DNA of 63,986 nt, filler included, from Gonapodya sp. JEL0774 (taxonomy: Eukaryota), in assembly GCA_027604505.1 (NCBI GenBank). It is 9 parts of 9 records of this genome, joined end to end, with 100 filler letters (N's around TTAATTAATTAA, not from the genome) between each part and the next. Parts side by side here need not be neighbours in the genome. Positions count along the whole stretch, not along the records: positions 1 to 7,226 come from JADIIX010000521.1; positions 7,327 to 14,531 come from JADIIX010000522.1; 7 more parts are not named here. One strand, 5' to 3'. The notes below the pieces were generated by a model. The model did no database searches, was not told the DNA's origin, and saw only the letters and a program-made list of their open reading frames with translations. The translations under genes and the position numbers were made by a program. This document shows positions 1 through 11,203 of the stretch, piece by piece; within the stretch, counting starts at the first letter, position 1; each line of letters opens with the position of its first letter.

Positions 1-679
1 TCGAGAACACTCCATTGGAATCCAGATCCACCAGCTCGGGGTTTCATTGGTGATTGAAACCTTTTGAAGAAACCACTCCTGCATTTACGGGAGGTGGTCT
101 GAACCCCACGCCTGCTGCGCGCCTTTAACGTCAGCACAAGGAACGCCCCAGAGCAAACAAATCATCATACAAGAATCAAAACCACGTGATACACGCTGGT
201 GGAAGCGATTATCTGTCGCCAGTGGATGGTCTCTCGAAGACGCCGTCATGGGAGACAGGAAGGGAGACACCAGCGGGGACGACATCCTGCCTTTGTCGAT
301 AAACCACACCGAAACAACCAAGCGGCATGCATGGGAGTAATTCCAGATGGATACGAGAACGCCCAGGTATTTTTACGTGACTCGCTTCATTGTCGTATTC
401 GGAAATGCGGGTCACATCATGCCGTATATCGAGATTGTACGGCAAGCGCAGCGTGGGCGGATGATAGTCCCAGGCAGAAAACGACTTCGTGGCGACTGCG
501 CAGAAAGGCAGAACGACCCTTTGCTGCCTGGCCAGGAGGAGTTTGGTGTAGAAATTAACTTTATCCTCACACGCGGCCGCAGGTGCACCACGAACACCAC
601 ACGGCTCCGGCTGCCGAAAAGGCGTCTGACGAAACCCCGACTCCATCTTTATTCGTCCTACAGCGGACCGGACCGCTCT

Positions 680-1542
680 ATGGGCGCCATGACTGATCGC
701 AAGGCTCTGTTCCGAGTTCAAGACGACACCAGTATCGTCCCGCGCATTCCGCTCGATGTCTCCCCTCCGCACACAAAAACCCTGCCCAGGACTCGCGCTG
801 GACTGCTAGCAGATTTAAACATCCGGAAAGGGTACGACTCGTTCTTCTCAGCGAGTGAAGACAAGAGCGGTAGGCGTTGAGATTTCCCGGCGGCAATGGA
901 GTGAGACAGAAACAGGCTTCACATCCCTCTCTCCCACGCCTCATCGCCGACTCCCACAAAAATCATGCAGCGTTTTGGGACCACTACGCGGATGGAGCCA
1001 CCACGACGTTCCTCGGAAAAACAGAGCAGTGCGTTGCAGTTCGGGTAGTGGTTGACTCAACATGACCCACCATTGAACACGTCACACCATTCCTCTTCCT
1101 TCTATGTCGAACCAAGTCTGAGTCGATATCCACGAGATTCGCATTTATTTTGGTCGATATTTTACGTCGTCATTGGGCGTGCAATGGCCGTGAGTATTGA
1201 AAACGGATGCTGCACTGAGAAGACATTTTGAGCGAAGTTTACCGTCCTATTGTATCTCGGCTCCGACACATATAGGATGTTATAAATCATCCGACGGTGG
1301 ATGTTTTGGTGTGGGATAATGGCTACGCGTTTGCTGCCTCCCACATTACTTACAAAACCAAGGCCGGTACCACTTGGGCAGGCATGGTCCTCAATCGCAT
1401 GAAATATAATGAACGGGGACTAGTTTACGACCAAGCTTTTCTGGCAGAGGACTTGCCTGGGTTGGACGCACTGACTGGTGAATGTTTCGCGACACCTGGA
1501 CTTCGCGAGGAGGTTTGGGACTTATTCAAGTACAAACTGTGA
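680..1542 (+). CDS. Intron-containing protein of unknown function, probable SnoaL/NTF2-like fold (paralog A)
   Basis: Exonic segments DRKALFRVQDD..RIPLDVS..RAGLLADLNIRKGYDSF and VLVWDNGYAF..WAGMVLNRMKYNERGLVYDQAFLAED align by eye with the neighbouring paralog. The fold is inferred and internal exon boundaries are not resolved. Confidence 0.6.
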
Positions 1543-1891
1543 ATCATCGTACTGGACTTGCAGTCGTCCTTATGATCTATGTCCCTTATATACCATCATT
1601 ACTGTTTTGAATGTATGCGTACTATTTCAATGCAAAGATGCATTTATGTCAGTAAAGAGTGCATCTCATGCAGCCACCTCTGCTGAAATGAATGAGCAGT
1701 TGTAAATCCTCGATTCTTCATTGTTCATGAGGGGCATTTCTCCCCAGCTCCACCACTCACTTCCACTTATATGGAAGGCTGTGGCGCTTGTCACAATCCG
1801 TGAATGTGCCGCACAGGCGATCAACCGAAGTCTAAGATAAGTCCGATTGACGACTTTCTCGGAGCCGCTCCTCCACCAATCAGTTCTTAAT

Positions 1892-2877
1892 ATGAAAATG
1901 GACCGAGTGCTCAAGGTTCGCGACATTGATGGCAGAACTGGACGGTTGCCTGAGGATGTTTCGAAACAACGACATGAGACCATGAGTGAACGGGCTCGGA
2001 AGGCAGAAAGAATCATCGTTGGTGGATACGCTGCATGGGCTCAGGGAGACTACGCGGGTGAGTTTCGGAAGGAGGGTCCTCTGGGCGGTCGAGGGTCTCG
2101 ACAGACGTGGTAGGGTGGTGATCGTCGACCTCACAAACAATGAACTCTGTTGCAAACATTGACTACAACACCACACTCACGTGGGCTTCGCTCGTCAGGA
2201 TTCCAGACAATCTTCGCTCCAGAAAGTGTGACATATTTTGGTGGGACATTCCGCCAGTGAGTTACTGGACCGTGATCGGAAAGCTTCGTGAGGAATAACA
2301 TTCATTGAGACCAAACTTTCAGTCTTAGCCGTTATCCTCGTAAATCTTCGCAATTCTGGCTCGCATTCGGTCTTGTGGGGACCGTCGGCCTGGAGGTATG
2401 AGTCTATCGCTATCGGGACATACCAAGTTTTGCGACACCCACCTTGACTCACCCTTGCTGGCTACTGCGCATTCCGCCGACATTAGGAACTTGTCACATC
2501 TCCGAAAATGGATATGCTCGTATGGGAGAATGGATACGCTTTTGGTGCGCAGGTGAGTATTACCTTTGCAATCCCGCGTGCGGGGAACTATTTTCCATGG
2601 ACCTCGTCCTCACGAGCTTCTTCCGCGTCTGTACATCTGGTGGCGTTGCATTGCTCTTCAGTATGCGATTATGAAGCTGCGCTCGGGAAATTTCTGGAAA
2701 GGCGATCTTCTGGACCGGATGAAGTACAACGAAAATGGTCAGGTGTACGATCAAGCGTTCTTCGCAGAGGACCAAATCACGCTCGACAAGGTCACTGGGG
2801 AACTGTTCGAGATGCCTGAAGTTGTGGCGGCACTACGGCAGGTCGGTGTCGAGCTTGCTCCGCCTTTGCAGGTCTGA
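1892..2877 (+). CDS. Intron-containing protein of unknown function, probable SnoaL/NTF2-like fold (paralog B)
   Basis: MDRVLKVRD..RLPEDVS..RARKAERIIVGGYAAWAQGD and MLVWENGYAF..WKGDLLDRMKYNENGQVYDQAFFAED match paralog A. GTGAGT donors are present. Confidence 0.6.
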
Positions 2878-3393
2878 GAGAGACTGCGGCGGGCAAGGCG
2901 TTTACTGGACTTGTGAACAGCAAGTGGAACTCCCAGGAGGACATTTAGGCGTTGTTTAATCCAGGTGCTATACTCTCAACTTCTACATAACAACACTTTA
3001 CAATATAATTCTACACGAGATAGACATGATCGGCGATATCCAATACAAGATTAGAGTGAAGAAAAATGGACGTTTTCTGTGAGGTGTGGCTGGCTGGGTG
3101 CGGAGTGTCTGGGGAGTGGAAGTTGAGTGTTTGTTCATTGGCAATGTGCATGACGTCATGCACAGCGGCAATTCGATTGAGAAGAAAACGCGGTCTGCAA
3201 CTCGAATTTTCCACGTATTTTCAAGTACTCTTAAGTGGAAATCGGTCCGTTCGTTGCATATGTAATGGTCAACTGGCTCCGCCCATTTTGTCACTTCTGC
3301 AACGAACCGCATCGAAAAAAAAGCCACCCTGATCGCTCTCCGCGCGCCGTCTTCTTGTGCCCACTGGTTGCTGCCCATTCTCATCACCCAAAA

Positions 3394-4500
3394 ATGAATT
3401 TCTCCCGCCTCTCAACGAGGATCTCCTCTCCCTGGGAATACATGTTCACCTTCCCCTCACAGGCAGAGACCTTTGCAAAAGCTGAGGCTGAAGAGGACGG
3501 CTATCGCAATCGCATTATCGGAACGAACTACGTAGGGTTCTGGAACTTCGGCGAGAATGTCGCAAGTTTACTTCTCGAGGAGCGAGAGCGTCGCTGCTAT
3601 GATGCTCTTGGGAGTCTACCAAACCAAAATCTGAGCGAGAGCGCTGGAGAACCCTTCGGGCTGGATGACCCGAGCTCCCGAAAACTGTGGACTGCGTTGA
3701 TGACGAGCATAGTGGGGCTGGACATGGCGGCAGTATCTCTTTCGATGGACCCGTCTGATGACTATCTCAGAGTTCGATTCATGGAGTACGCGATACTATC
3801 TCGAGTCCTCCGTGCAATGCTCTTGGAACCTTCTCTTCACTTCCTCCTCCCTTTCCTCAAAGGTGCCGGGACGATTATTAAATGCCTCCAGCGCACGAGC
3901 GCACATTCGCGATGCTCCGTTGCCCAGAAGGGACAATCTTGCACCAGAGGGCCTTCTTAGGACCGAATGGATCCTGTTCTTGTGGATACTGCTCCTCCGG
4001 ATCCTCGTAATGGACATGGACGAACGTACCGCTGGGTACTATGTGACAGAAGCGAAATAGGCGCTGACTTTTCAGTCGAGCAAAGAGGAAATGGTCCTTG
4101 CTCTCGAACAAAAGCTGTTTTCCATGGAGCATCAAGCGGCGTTTGCATTTAATGACTACATCCTTCTCCACATGATGCTGCCACATGATGCTGAAAACTC
4201 GGTACAAGTTGATTCGTCAATATTTGCGCGTAATGTGACTCCACCAACTGCAATGACGGAAGAGATTTTGAGACTGAAAACAAGCAAGAAGGCACGCAAG
4301 ACAGAGAACATCGAGACAGTTTGCATGGCGGCGGGATGCATGAACCTTACCCCTTCAAAAAAGTGTGGACGCTGCAAGATCGCAATGTATTGTGACTTGG
4401 AGTGTCAGAAGCACATTGGGAGCTTCACAAGACCGTGTGCCGGGAGGACTTTTGGAACGAAAAGGGGATTCAGCCAGTGTTGTACGAAATCAAGGTGTAG
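3394..4500 (+). CDS. MYND-type zinc finger protein, apparently frameshifted within the finger
   Basis: C-terminal CMAAGC..KKCGRCKIAMYCDLECQ continues as AHWELHKTVC only in a shifted frame from 4411, ending at TAG 4498-4500. Two probable introns lie upstream. Confidence 0.75.
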
Positions 4501-5709
4501 CTACACGATTGGGCGACCGGGTTGAGGGAATATCCCAACGCAGATAAATGCACTTGTGAATGTGTGTTGTGCCGCATGGGCTGTCGAATGGAAGTTCGTG
4601 AGATCAGCCCTCACGGACGGCTGAGCGTGTTCTCTGCAGAGGTGGAGAATGTCGACATTCATGGGATGATTAGTGTATACATAAAGTGAATAAAGACATC
4701 CGGCTGGACGCAGCAGCTGAGTGAGGCGCCGTGTCAGTGGAGCAAGCTCTGGGAGACTACGTGACTCCGTTATGATCCACACCTTCAATATTATTCAATG
4801 CTAGTAGGGCGCTCTGATGATTGTTATGTGAATTCCCATGCGTCACTTGGATTCGGTGACTGGCAGCTGGATCGAGCCGGTGCCTCCTCCTCCATACGCA
4901 ATTATGGGTGTCTGCCATCCCTCCTGTATATCCGTCCGGAGCTCGGATACCATATCCGGCCCATCTGCGTGATATCCGCAGGCTCTTCCTTCGCTGTCGC
5001 ACCATGCGGTCACTGTTTCCTGGTATCCCCCCCCCCCACCAACCCCAGGGAGACCCCAGCAGATATTATTGGGATTTTTTACCTTGGAGAATCAGGTGGC
5101 ATCTATATTCAACGACTATCTTTGGTTTTTTCTCCTGACGTTGAAAGCTGGTTTCGGTGTTGAGCCTAAATTTTGTGGACGCTGGACCAACCCCTGTCCC
5201 CTAGAAAATGCTCTTTGAGATTGAAAAACGGTAAAACGTGGAGTCCGTGTGCCTGGCAGTGGGATGTACATACATGTCCCCCTCGAGGACCTGTGGGCGG
5301 TGCCAAATTGCGATGTACTGCGATGCAGCTTGCCATAAGCGACACTGGAAGTTACACAAGACGGTGTATCGGGAGGACCTTTTGGCATGAACAAGGGAAC
5401 AGTGGACCGATATAAAGGGGAGTTTCATAGGAAGCCCTGTCCTAGGCGGTAATATCTGTGCACTATGTTGGTATAGACGAGCGAATTATAGCTATCACCA
5501 TGTTATCAATGCATGAGCCATGCTAGGTGCATTTTGCATGCGTAACATGAGATGGGAAATACAAGATATTTTCTTGTGTGTGAGGCTTGGGTATTTTCGT
5601 ATCTATACCAGTTCTCACGATACAGCCAGCTTGCCAATACTGCAGTTATCCTGGCGCTTTGAACCCACGACTGCCAGAGATGCGCCAAGATGCGCCAAGA
5701 TTGTCGAGC

Positions 5710-7129
5710 CTAAACTTGCGCCATGGCGTCCTTCTCCCCCTCGTTGTTATCTCCGCCCTCCTGGGCACCGTTCTCGCCGCCCCCATGCGATTCCGTTCCA
5801 CGACCCACGGAACTACCTTGCATCTGTTCCTCCTCGCCCCGTGCGATGACATTTCCCAGTGGTAACGACGCGGTCGTGGTGGGAGGGGAGAAGGCCTCTG
5901 GTGTCGGGTCCAACTCTTCGCCAGCGTCAGCCTCGGATGCCACCTGGGATCGTAGACGGCGGAGGTGGATGCGGTGGTGGGAGTTCATAGAGTCGAGTCT
6001 GGCCGGGATGGAAGAAGTTGGGAGCCAGCCCGAGATTAATTCTGAGGTGAGGAGCAGCCTCAGTGCGAAAAGGAACCGGTCACAGAAACAAACCTGTGGA
6101 AATTCGCCATGCAGCCAGGAATCGGACACGAGTAAGGTCGGATATTAACTTTACAATCCGATATGTGGAGATACGGAGAGCGTAGGAAGGTCGATTCAGT
6201 TCACAAATTGAGCCGAGGGGGGTAGAGAGGGGCATATTATGTAAGTGTTACGGTGGCTCCTGACATTGACCATCAACTCTAAAGAGAAAACGCATCACTG
6301 CTCACGATGTATCCGCTGGTGTCTCTCGAGTGCCCACTTTGTCTGGAACGCGTGGACGCAGCCCTCGAACTCGCCTGCAGGATGTAAATGGGACAGCGCA
6401 ATAAGAAGAGGAAATGTTACAACCCGGGGGACGCTCTTCTACGTTCGAGGCAGTCACTACAAACATTTGAACCGGCGCTTTTTGAAATCCCGCTGAGCAC
6501 CGGGTAGTGCGGTACGCATGGGTAAATCGGCACGTTGGTATTGGGCTGGAAAAGCGGCATCGGCGTCCAAGGTGGGTAGACCAAGGACCGCCGGTGGTGG
6601 GTAAGGGCGAGATGCTGGTGTCCATTGGCGGTCACTGAAGTCGGCACTAGATGGTGCACCCGATTCTTCCTGTGGCGAGGAATAATATGGAACAGATCTG
6701 ACTGTGACGACAGTGTTCGAGGTGGGTGGTAGTTGGGTGGCCGAAGCGGGTCGGTCCGGAGAGAGTCGCTGGTTTCTACTGTCTGGCATAGTTAGTGGGA
6801 AGGGAAGAGGTGAATTCGACTCCGCGGAAGGATACACGGCCTGGGAAAAGAAGGCGCCTGGGTAGTGTGGCACTGCTGGTGGTGCTGTGAATACACCATG
6901 ATAGGACTGTGGATACGAGAGATATGGGTGCGATGGATTCTGTGCGTGATTTGTGGCTGATGTTGGGAGAAGTGGTGGGGTTGTTGATTGTCCGGTGGGA
7001 ACTAGAGGCCCATGTGGCACCGAGAAGCGGGAACTGAAGTAGTCGGGTGGAGTACCGTGCCATTGTTGCCAATGTGGATAGCCATCTGGACCTGGAGGAG
7101 GCTGAGCCGGGAAGGAAGGAGGAGGAAAC
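5710..7129 (-). CDS. C2H2 zinc finger transcription factor with two fingers, 5'-partial
   Basis: Manual splicing across three introns gives KRRFKCEFEGCVHAFQTKWALERHQRIHLNIRPYSCPIPGCMANFHRLDSMNSHHRIH, preceded by a Pro/Ser-rich region. The upstream part runs toward the contig end. Confidence 0.85.
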
Positions 7130-7226
7130 CTGCGCGGTTTTGATCACGGCGGTGTTCAGTGGAACGCGGAAATATCAATATGACACGTAGAACGCATCGA
7201 TACGAGCGAAACGGAAGCACCAAACA

Positions 7227-7326
7227 NNNNNNNNNNNNNNNNNNNNNNNNNNNNNNNNNNNNNNNNNNNNTTAATTAATTAANNNNNNNNNNNNNNNNNN
7301 NNNNNNNNNNNNNNNNNNNNNNNNNN
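7227..7326. other. Artificial contig spacer
   Basis: 44 N + TTAATTAATTAA (stops in all six frames) + 44 N. Confidence 0.99.
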
Positions 7327-7526
7327 TCCTTAGAACTGTCTATCCCCAATGTGTTGAACGTGACTCATGGGGAAACCCTAGGCTAGATTTGCTAACATTC
7401 TGAGTACACATTTCTCCCAATTATTCAAGAGATTACGGTTATCTTACATCATTTCACAGGTTCATCTTGCATTGATTTTATGGGTGGGTGAAGTAAATTA
7501 CATGGTGGGGGGTGTAAAAAATGCGA

Positions 7527-7720
7527 CATCAACATGAGACCCAAAAAATAAGAGACGTGGATTTTCAGCAGAGCCTCCACCTCGGTCTGGTATTTTGTTC
7601 AGTTTTGTTTGTTTATCCTTCATCAATTGTCAATATGAGCCCCAAAAAATAAGAGATGTGGATTTTCAGTGGAGCCTTCACCTGGGTCTGGTATTTTGTT
7701 CCGTTTTGTTTGTTTATGCC
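7527..7720. repeat. Two-copy tandem repeat of about 95-100 bp, with an inverted copy of its core at about 9298-9326
   Basis: AAAAAATAAGAGAYGTGGATTTTCAGYRGAGCCTYCACCT.GGTCTGGTATTTTGTT occurs twice. CTGCTGAAAATCACCGTCTCTTATTTTT at 9298 is the near reverse complement of the core. Confidence 0.9.
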
Positions 7721-7732
7721 CTTGACAGGCCA

Positions 7733-8444
7733 TACTTCCACCTGCTACTTCCCTGTTCTCCCGATCGTCTTGAACTATCGAGTGCGTAGGAAATATCCTC
7801 TTTACGTTCTCATACATATCATCATTTTCTTCGTCTCTTTGGCGTTTCATGGTATATTGATCAATTTACATTGGATTAGTACCTAGTACCTAGACTGGTT
7901 TCCATTCGATCAGTACTCAGATCAGTTTCCATTGGATCAGATTCTGGAAACGCATCATAATGACTCTCACTCATGCGTCTGCGCCTTTTTGGGTAAGCCG
8001 AATCAGTAGAGTCAGTAGAGTCAATAAAGTCTCTTGGTCTTTTCATAGGGTTAGTGTTAGTCTTTTTTTGCCTCTTATTTTCTTTCTCTAAGTCAATGCT
8101 TCCACGTCTTTTTGAACCTTTCACAACGTAACCTGACCAATGTTCACTGGGTGGGATAAGTGTGGAACAGTATCCTGTCAACATTTCACTGGGTGGGATA
8201 AGTAGTGTATGGTATCCTGACGGACTTACACTGCCTGAGATACGAGGGTCAGCCCCTCCTTTACTCCTTTTTTTGGACGATCCCCGGCTTTTTTTGGGTG
8301 ATGATCTTGAGGTTCTGCTGAAGTCTATTTTTTGAAGACAATACCTCAAAAAGGAAATTATCCACATTGGCTTTTGTACTTCCACCTGCTACTTCCCTGT
8401 TCTCCCCATCGACTTGAACTATCACGTGCGTAGGAAATATACTC
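7733..8444. repeat. Pair of 68-bp direct repeats (7733-7800 and 8377-8444)
   Basis: TACTTCCACCTGCTACTTCCCTGTTCTCCC.ATCG.CTTGAACTATC..GTGCGTAGGAAATAT.CTC at both sites. On the minus strand both encode IFPTH.IVQ.D.ENREVAGGS. Confidence 0.92.
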
Positions 8445-8773
8445 AAAATGACTGTTACGATGTTACACTCTTGCACCTATCACATATGTTGTGGAGGTTC
8501 TTGGATTTCTTGTTTTTCGATTTGAGGTGGACAGAAGGGAAGAGACTCAAAGTCTCAGTTTGCTTGGGTTAGTTTGGTGAAAGTTGTTCCCCTCGGAAAG
8601 TACATTGATTTTATTTGATATGGCATTGATGGAAGAACATAGGAAATCTCTACTATATGTCCTTCATTAACGCACTTATCGAGAATGGCATATATTTGAG
8701 AAGCATCGTGTTGTGTTACATCACGTTCACAAAGTTTCAAAACCAATTCAGTTGCTTTTTCCATTGTTTTCAT
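8261..8773 (-). pseudogene. Decayed intronless ORF of unknown function
   Basis: ORFs 8555-8773 and 8261-8476 are in the same frame, separated by TGA and then TGA-TAG stops, each one C-to-T change from CGA or CAG. Confidence 0.5.
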
Positions 8774-8944
8774 TTACGATATCACACAACGTTTGTTGTA
8801 GAAGAACAGGCTCAATTGTATTACCCTTTTCTTGAGAAAAAATATCGTGTGCAGCAGATGGCCTGACTTTTGCTGTGGTCGGGTTCACAGCTCAACTTCC
8901 TTCCTTTTATACACAAGTGGGCTGCACCAGTTACCAGTACAGCC

Positions 8945-9199
8945 TGCACTTTTTGACAAATGATGATATGTAGGTGTGATGAGAAAGTGCATCTAAAGAA
9001 ATTGTTTTGAGATTGCTCCTGGCTGGAGCAATATGAAATCTGCACTTTTTGACAGATGATGATATGCAAGTTGTGATAAAAGTGCACTCAACAGATCGAC
9101 TTGACATTGGAGCAATATGACGTACTCCTGTCTGGAGCAATATGAAACAAAACTGCAAGAATGAGAAAGTGCATCTCAAGAAATCATTTTGAGATTGCC
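8945..9199. repeat. Cluster of palindromic motifs TGCACTTTT..(about 30 nt)..AAAGTGCA plus GGAGCAATATGA repeats
   Basis: Full copies at 8945-8991 and 9041-9086, a half copy near 9161-9198, and a small hairpin TTGCTCC-TGGCT-GGAGCAA. Same motif family as 9629-9925 but in the opposite orientation. Confidence 0.85.
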
Positions 9200-9628
9200 C
9201 TAGAAGACTTTTGCGCATGATATCATTCTTTCAATCAAGTTGATACTCATATATAAACAAACAAAAGTGAACAAATTTCCAGTCCCCTCTTCACGCCCTG
9301 CTGAAAATCACCGTCTCTTATTTTTCCCTACTTCAGGTCAATAATTTGAAATCACTCCACTTTTGGTCATATGATGTCATACAAATTGTATCAACTTGGT
9401 TTGAAGTCTGTCCACTTTTTACTTCTCCACATGTTCTCACAGTTCATACTCACATATAAATACCATCGGAGTTGCGATATATGGGAGTGATGGTGAGCGC
9501 AGGAAAAGGAGGAATTTTGTTATCATATGCCTTGTATGAGTAAACGTAATCGACCAAACAAATGAAGAAAATTTCAGAGAGGAGTGCTGAAAATTGGGCT
9601 CTCTTTTTTGTCCGTCTCATATTGACGA

Positions 9629-9925
9629 GTTGCACTTTTATCATACTTGATTATGCATTATTGTGTCAAAGCGCAACATTGATTGAATCAATTTGAGATA
9701 CATTTGAACAGTTGCACTTTTTTCATACTTGATTATACATCATTGTGTCAAAAGTGCAACATTGACTGAATCAATTTGAGATACATTTGAAGAGTTGCAC
9801 TATTATCATACTTGATAAGACATCATTGTGCCAAATGTACAACATTGATTGAATTGTTTTGAGATACATTTATACATTTGCACATTTATCATACTTGTTA
9901 TATAACCATTGTGTCAAAAGTGCGA
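9629..9925. repeat. Tandem array of about 3.6 copies of an 82-84 bp unit, each with an internal inverted repeat
   Basis: Units start at 9629, 9711, 9794 and about 9877. Arms GTTGCACTTTT / AAAAGTGCAAC are perfect in unit 2 and flank a conserved spacer of about 28 nt. Confidence 0.93.
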
Positions 9926-9963
9926 TGTTGTTTCTATCCTCCTCCCATTTCTCGCACTTCGTT

Positions 9964-10769
9964 CTATATCAACCCTGTGCTCAGCCACCTCTTGCATCGG
10001 GGTGCCAACAGTACGTAGTTTGCAGTATGTCTCTCCGTTGTCCAAAATAGAGCTTCCAAAATGATCTCTTCCGGAACCAAACTCTCGTATCTCCGATGAC
10101 ATGCTGGTGCATTTCCAGGAAGTGAAATCACAAACTTGGAATTGCTGACATCTTGTAAATACGTAGGATAGTCCACACCAGTTTCTCTATTGAATACCGC
10201 AGCATCATGTTCAATCGTTGAGCCAGTGGACCTCGTACTTCCGCATTCGTATGCACTCGGAAATTGGAATATATCGAGTACTTCCTATTGCACCAAATAT
10301 TCATACCACCAATTGCTTTCTCAACAGATTTCAAGTCTCCATGAAGCCATTGTCCACTAGCTATTCCAATAGGAATCAAATTTAATTTGCGGTGCGTTAT
10401 AAGCACGTTTGTCGGACACCACACTACTATCCGCTTGTTATCAACGGGTTTTCTCCAGGCTTCGTCACTGTTGTGTGAGACGAGCAACAATTCGTTTGCG
10501 GGTATCAAGTTGATCTACAAGATATTGAAAAAAACGGTTATGAATGTGGATACACAAACCATACTTGTGTTTCCAAAACTTGCTATCCCTTCAAGTGTCA
10601 TCGGTTGATCTGTATATATCCAGTTTTGTTTAGGCATAAATTTGGCAATATTTGGATTGTAAATGAAATCTTTCGTAAGACCGAATTACAATTCGCAAAG
10701 CCCTTGTATTTGTTCTCCAGTTATCATCAGTTCATCAAAGACAGTCGGTTTCTCATCAGCCGTAGTCAT
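9964..10769 (-). pseudogene. Exostosin/GT47-like glycosyltransferase pseudogene of a type common in Nucleocytoviricota
   Basis: Intronless. ITGEQIQGLCEL*FGLTKDFIYNPNI..LLLVSHNSD..W..N..KLNLIPIGIASGQWLHGD..IYSNFRVHTN..R, then after a frameshift YLQDVSNSKFVISLPGNAPACHRRYESL. Two in-frame stops. Family recognised from motif memory, not from a search. Confidence 0.7.
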
Positions 10770-10843
10770 CACAACCTGAACAAAAAAATTGGTTTGTTTA
10801 TCCTACGTACACATATATTATTTTGATTCATATTTCTAAACTC

Positions 10844-11037
10844 ATGGCAACTGACAGAAAACTCCTTTCCCTCTCAAAGAGAATTGACTCTCTCACCTCC
10901 AACCAGAACCTACAAACTGTCCTTGATCAAATCAAATACTTCATTGGTTACAATGTCTCTGACGATGACACATATCTCGTCAATTTGAAATCAATTCCAC
11001 ACTAACAACTACCTGAATTGATCAAAATTATTTCTGA
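10844..11037 (+). pseudogene. Small intronless ORF resembling a stand-alone extra-terminal (ET/NET) domain, interrupted by the LTR insertion
   Basis: MATDRKLLSLSKRIDSLTSNQNLQTVLDQIK..DDDTYLVNLKSIPH*QLPELIKIIS resembles the ET helix-helix-strand-helix pattern. One premature stop. Confidence 0.4.
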
Positions 11038-11183
11038 TATGGAGGAGAGGCAGAATTCGGCGACCCTGTGACGGAATGGGTCTATGTGTGAGGGTTTAGC
11101 TGCGTAGATAGCAAATATATTCTACACCTCAAACACCATCATACACTCCCGCCCCTTTGATCCATCCCGTGCAGTCCTCCACA
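11038..11183 (+). repeat. Short 5' LTR (146 bp)
   Basis: Terminal inverted repeat TATGGAGGA...TCCTCCACA (8 of 9 match; the 5' end reads TA instead of TG). Ends in CA two bases before the PBS. Only one LTR copy is in the window. Confidence 0.7.
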
Positions 11184-11185
11184 AG

Positions 11186-11203
11186 TGGGGGAACAACCGC
11201 GAC
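11186..11203 (+). promoter_or_regulatory. tRNA primer-binding site, tRNA-Pro-like
   Basis: TGGGGGAACAACCGCGA. Its complement parses as T-stem (CGCGG), 7-nt acceptor strand, discriminator C and CCA. Confidence 0.65.

Noticed and set aside
4900..5460. ATATCCG motifs, a C-run and CCCTGTCC(C)TAG repeats suggesting a small transposon
   Set aside because: No convincing TIR pair or TSD could be located.
5587..6148. Plus-strand ORFs, one with a signal-peptide-like stretch
   Set aside because: They lie antisense to the last exons of the C2H2 transcription factor.
9629..9925. CRISPR or integron attC-like array
   Set aside because: The whole unit, including the spacer, is repeated. No unique spacers or gene cassettes lie between units, and no integrase is visible.
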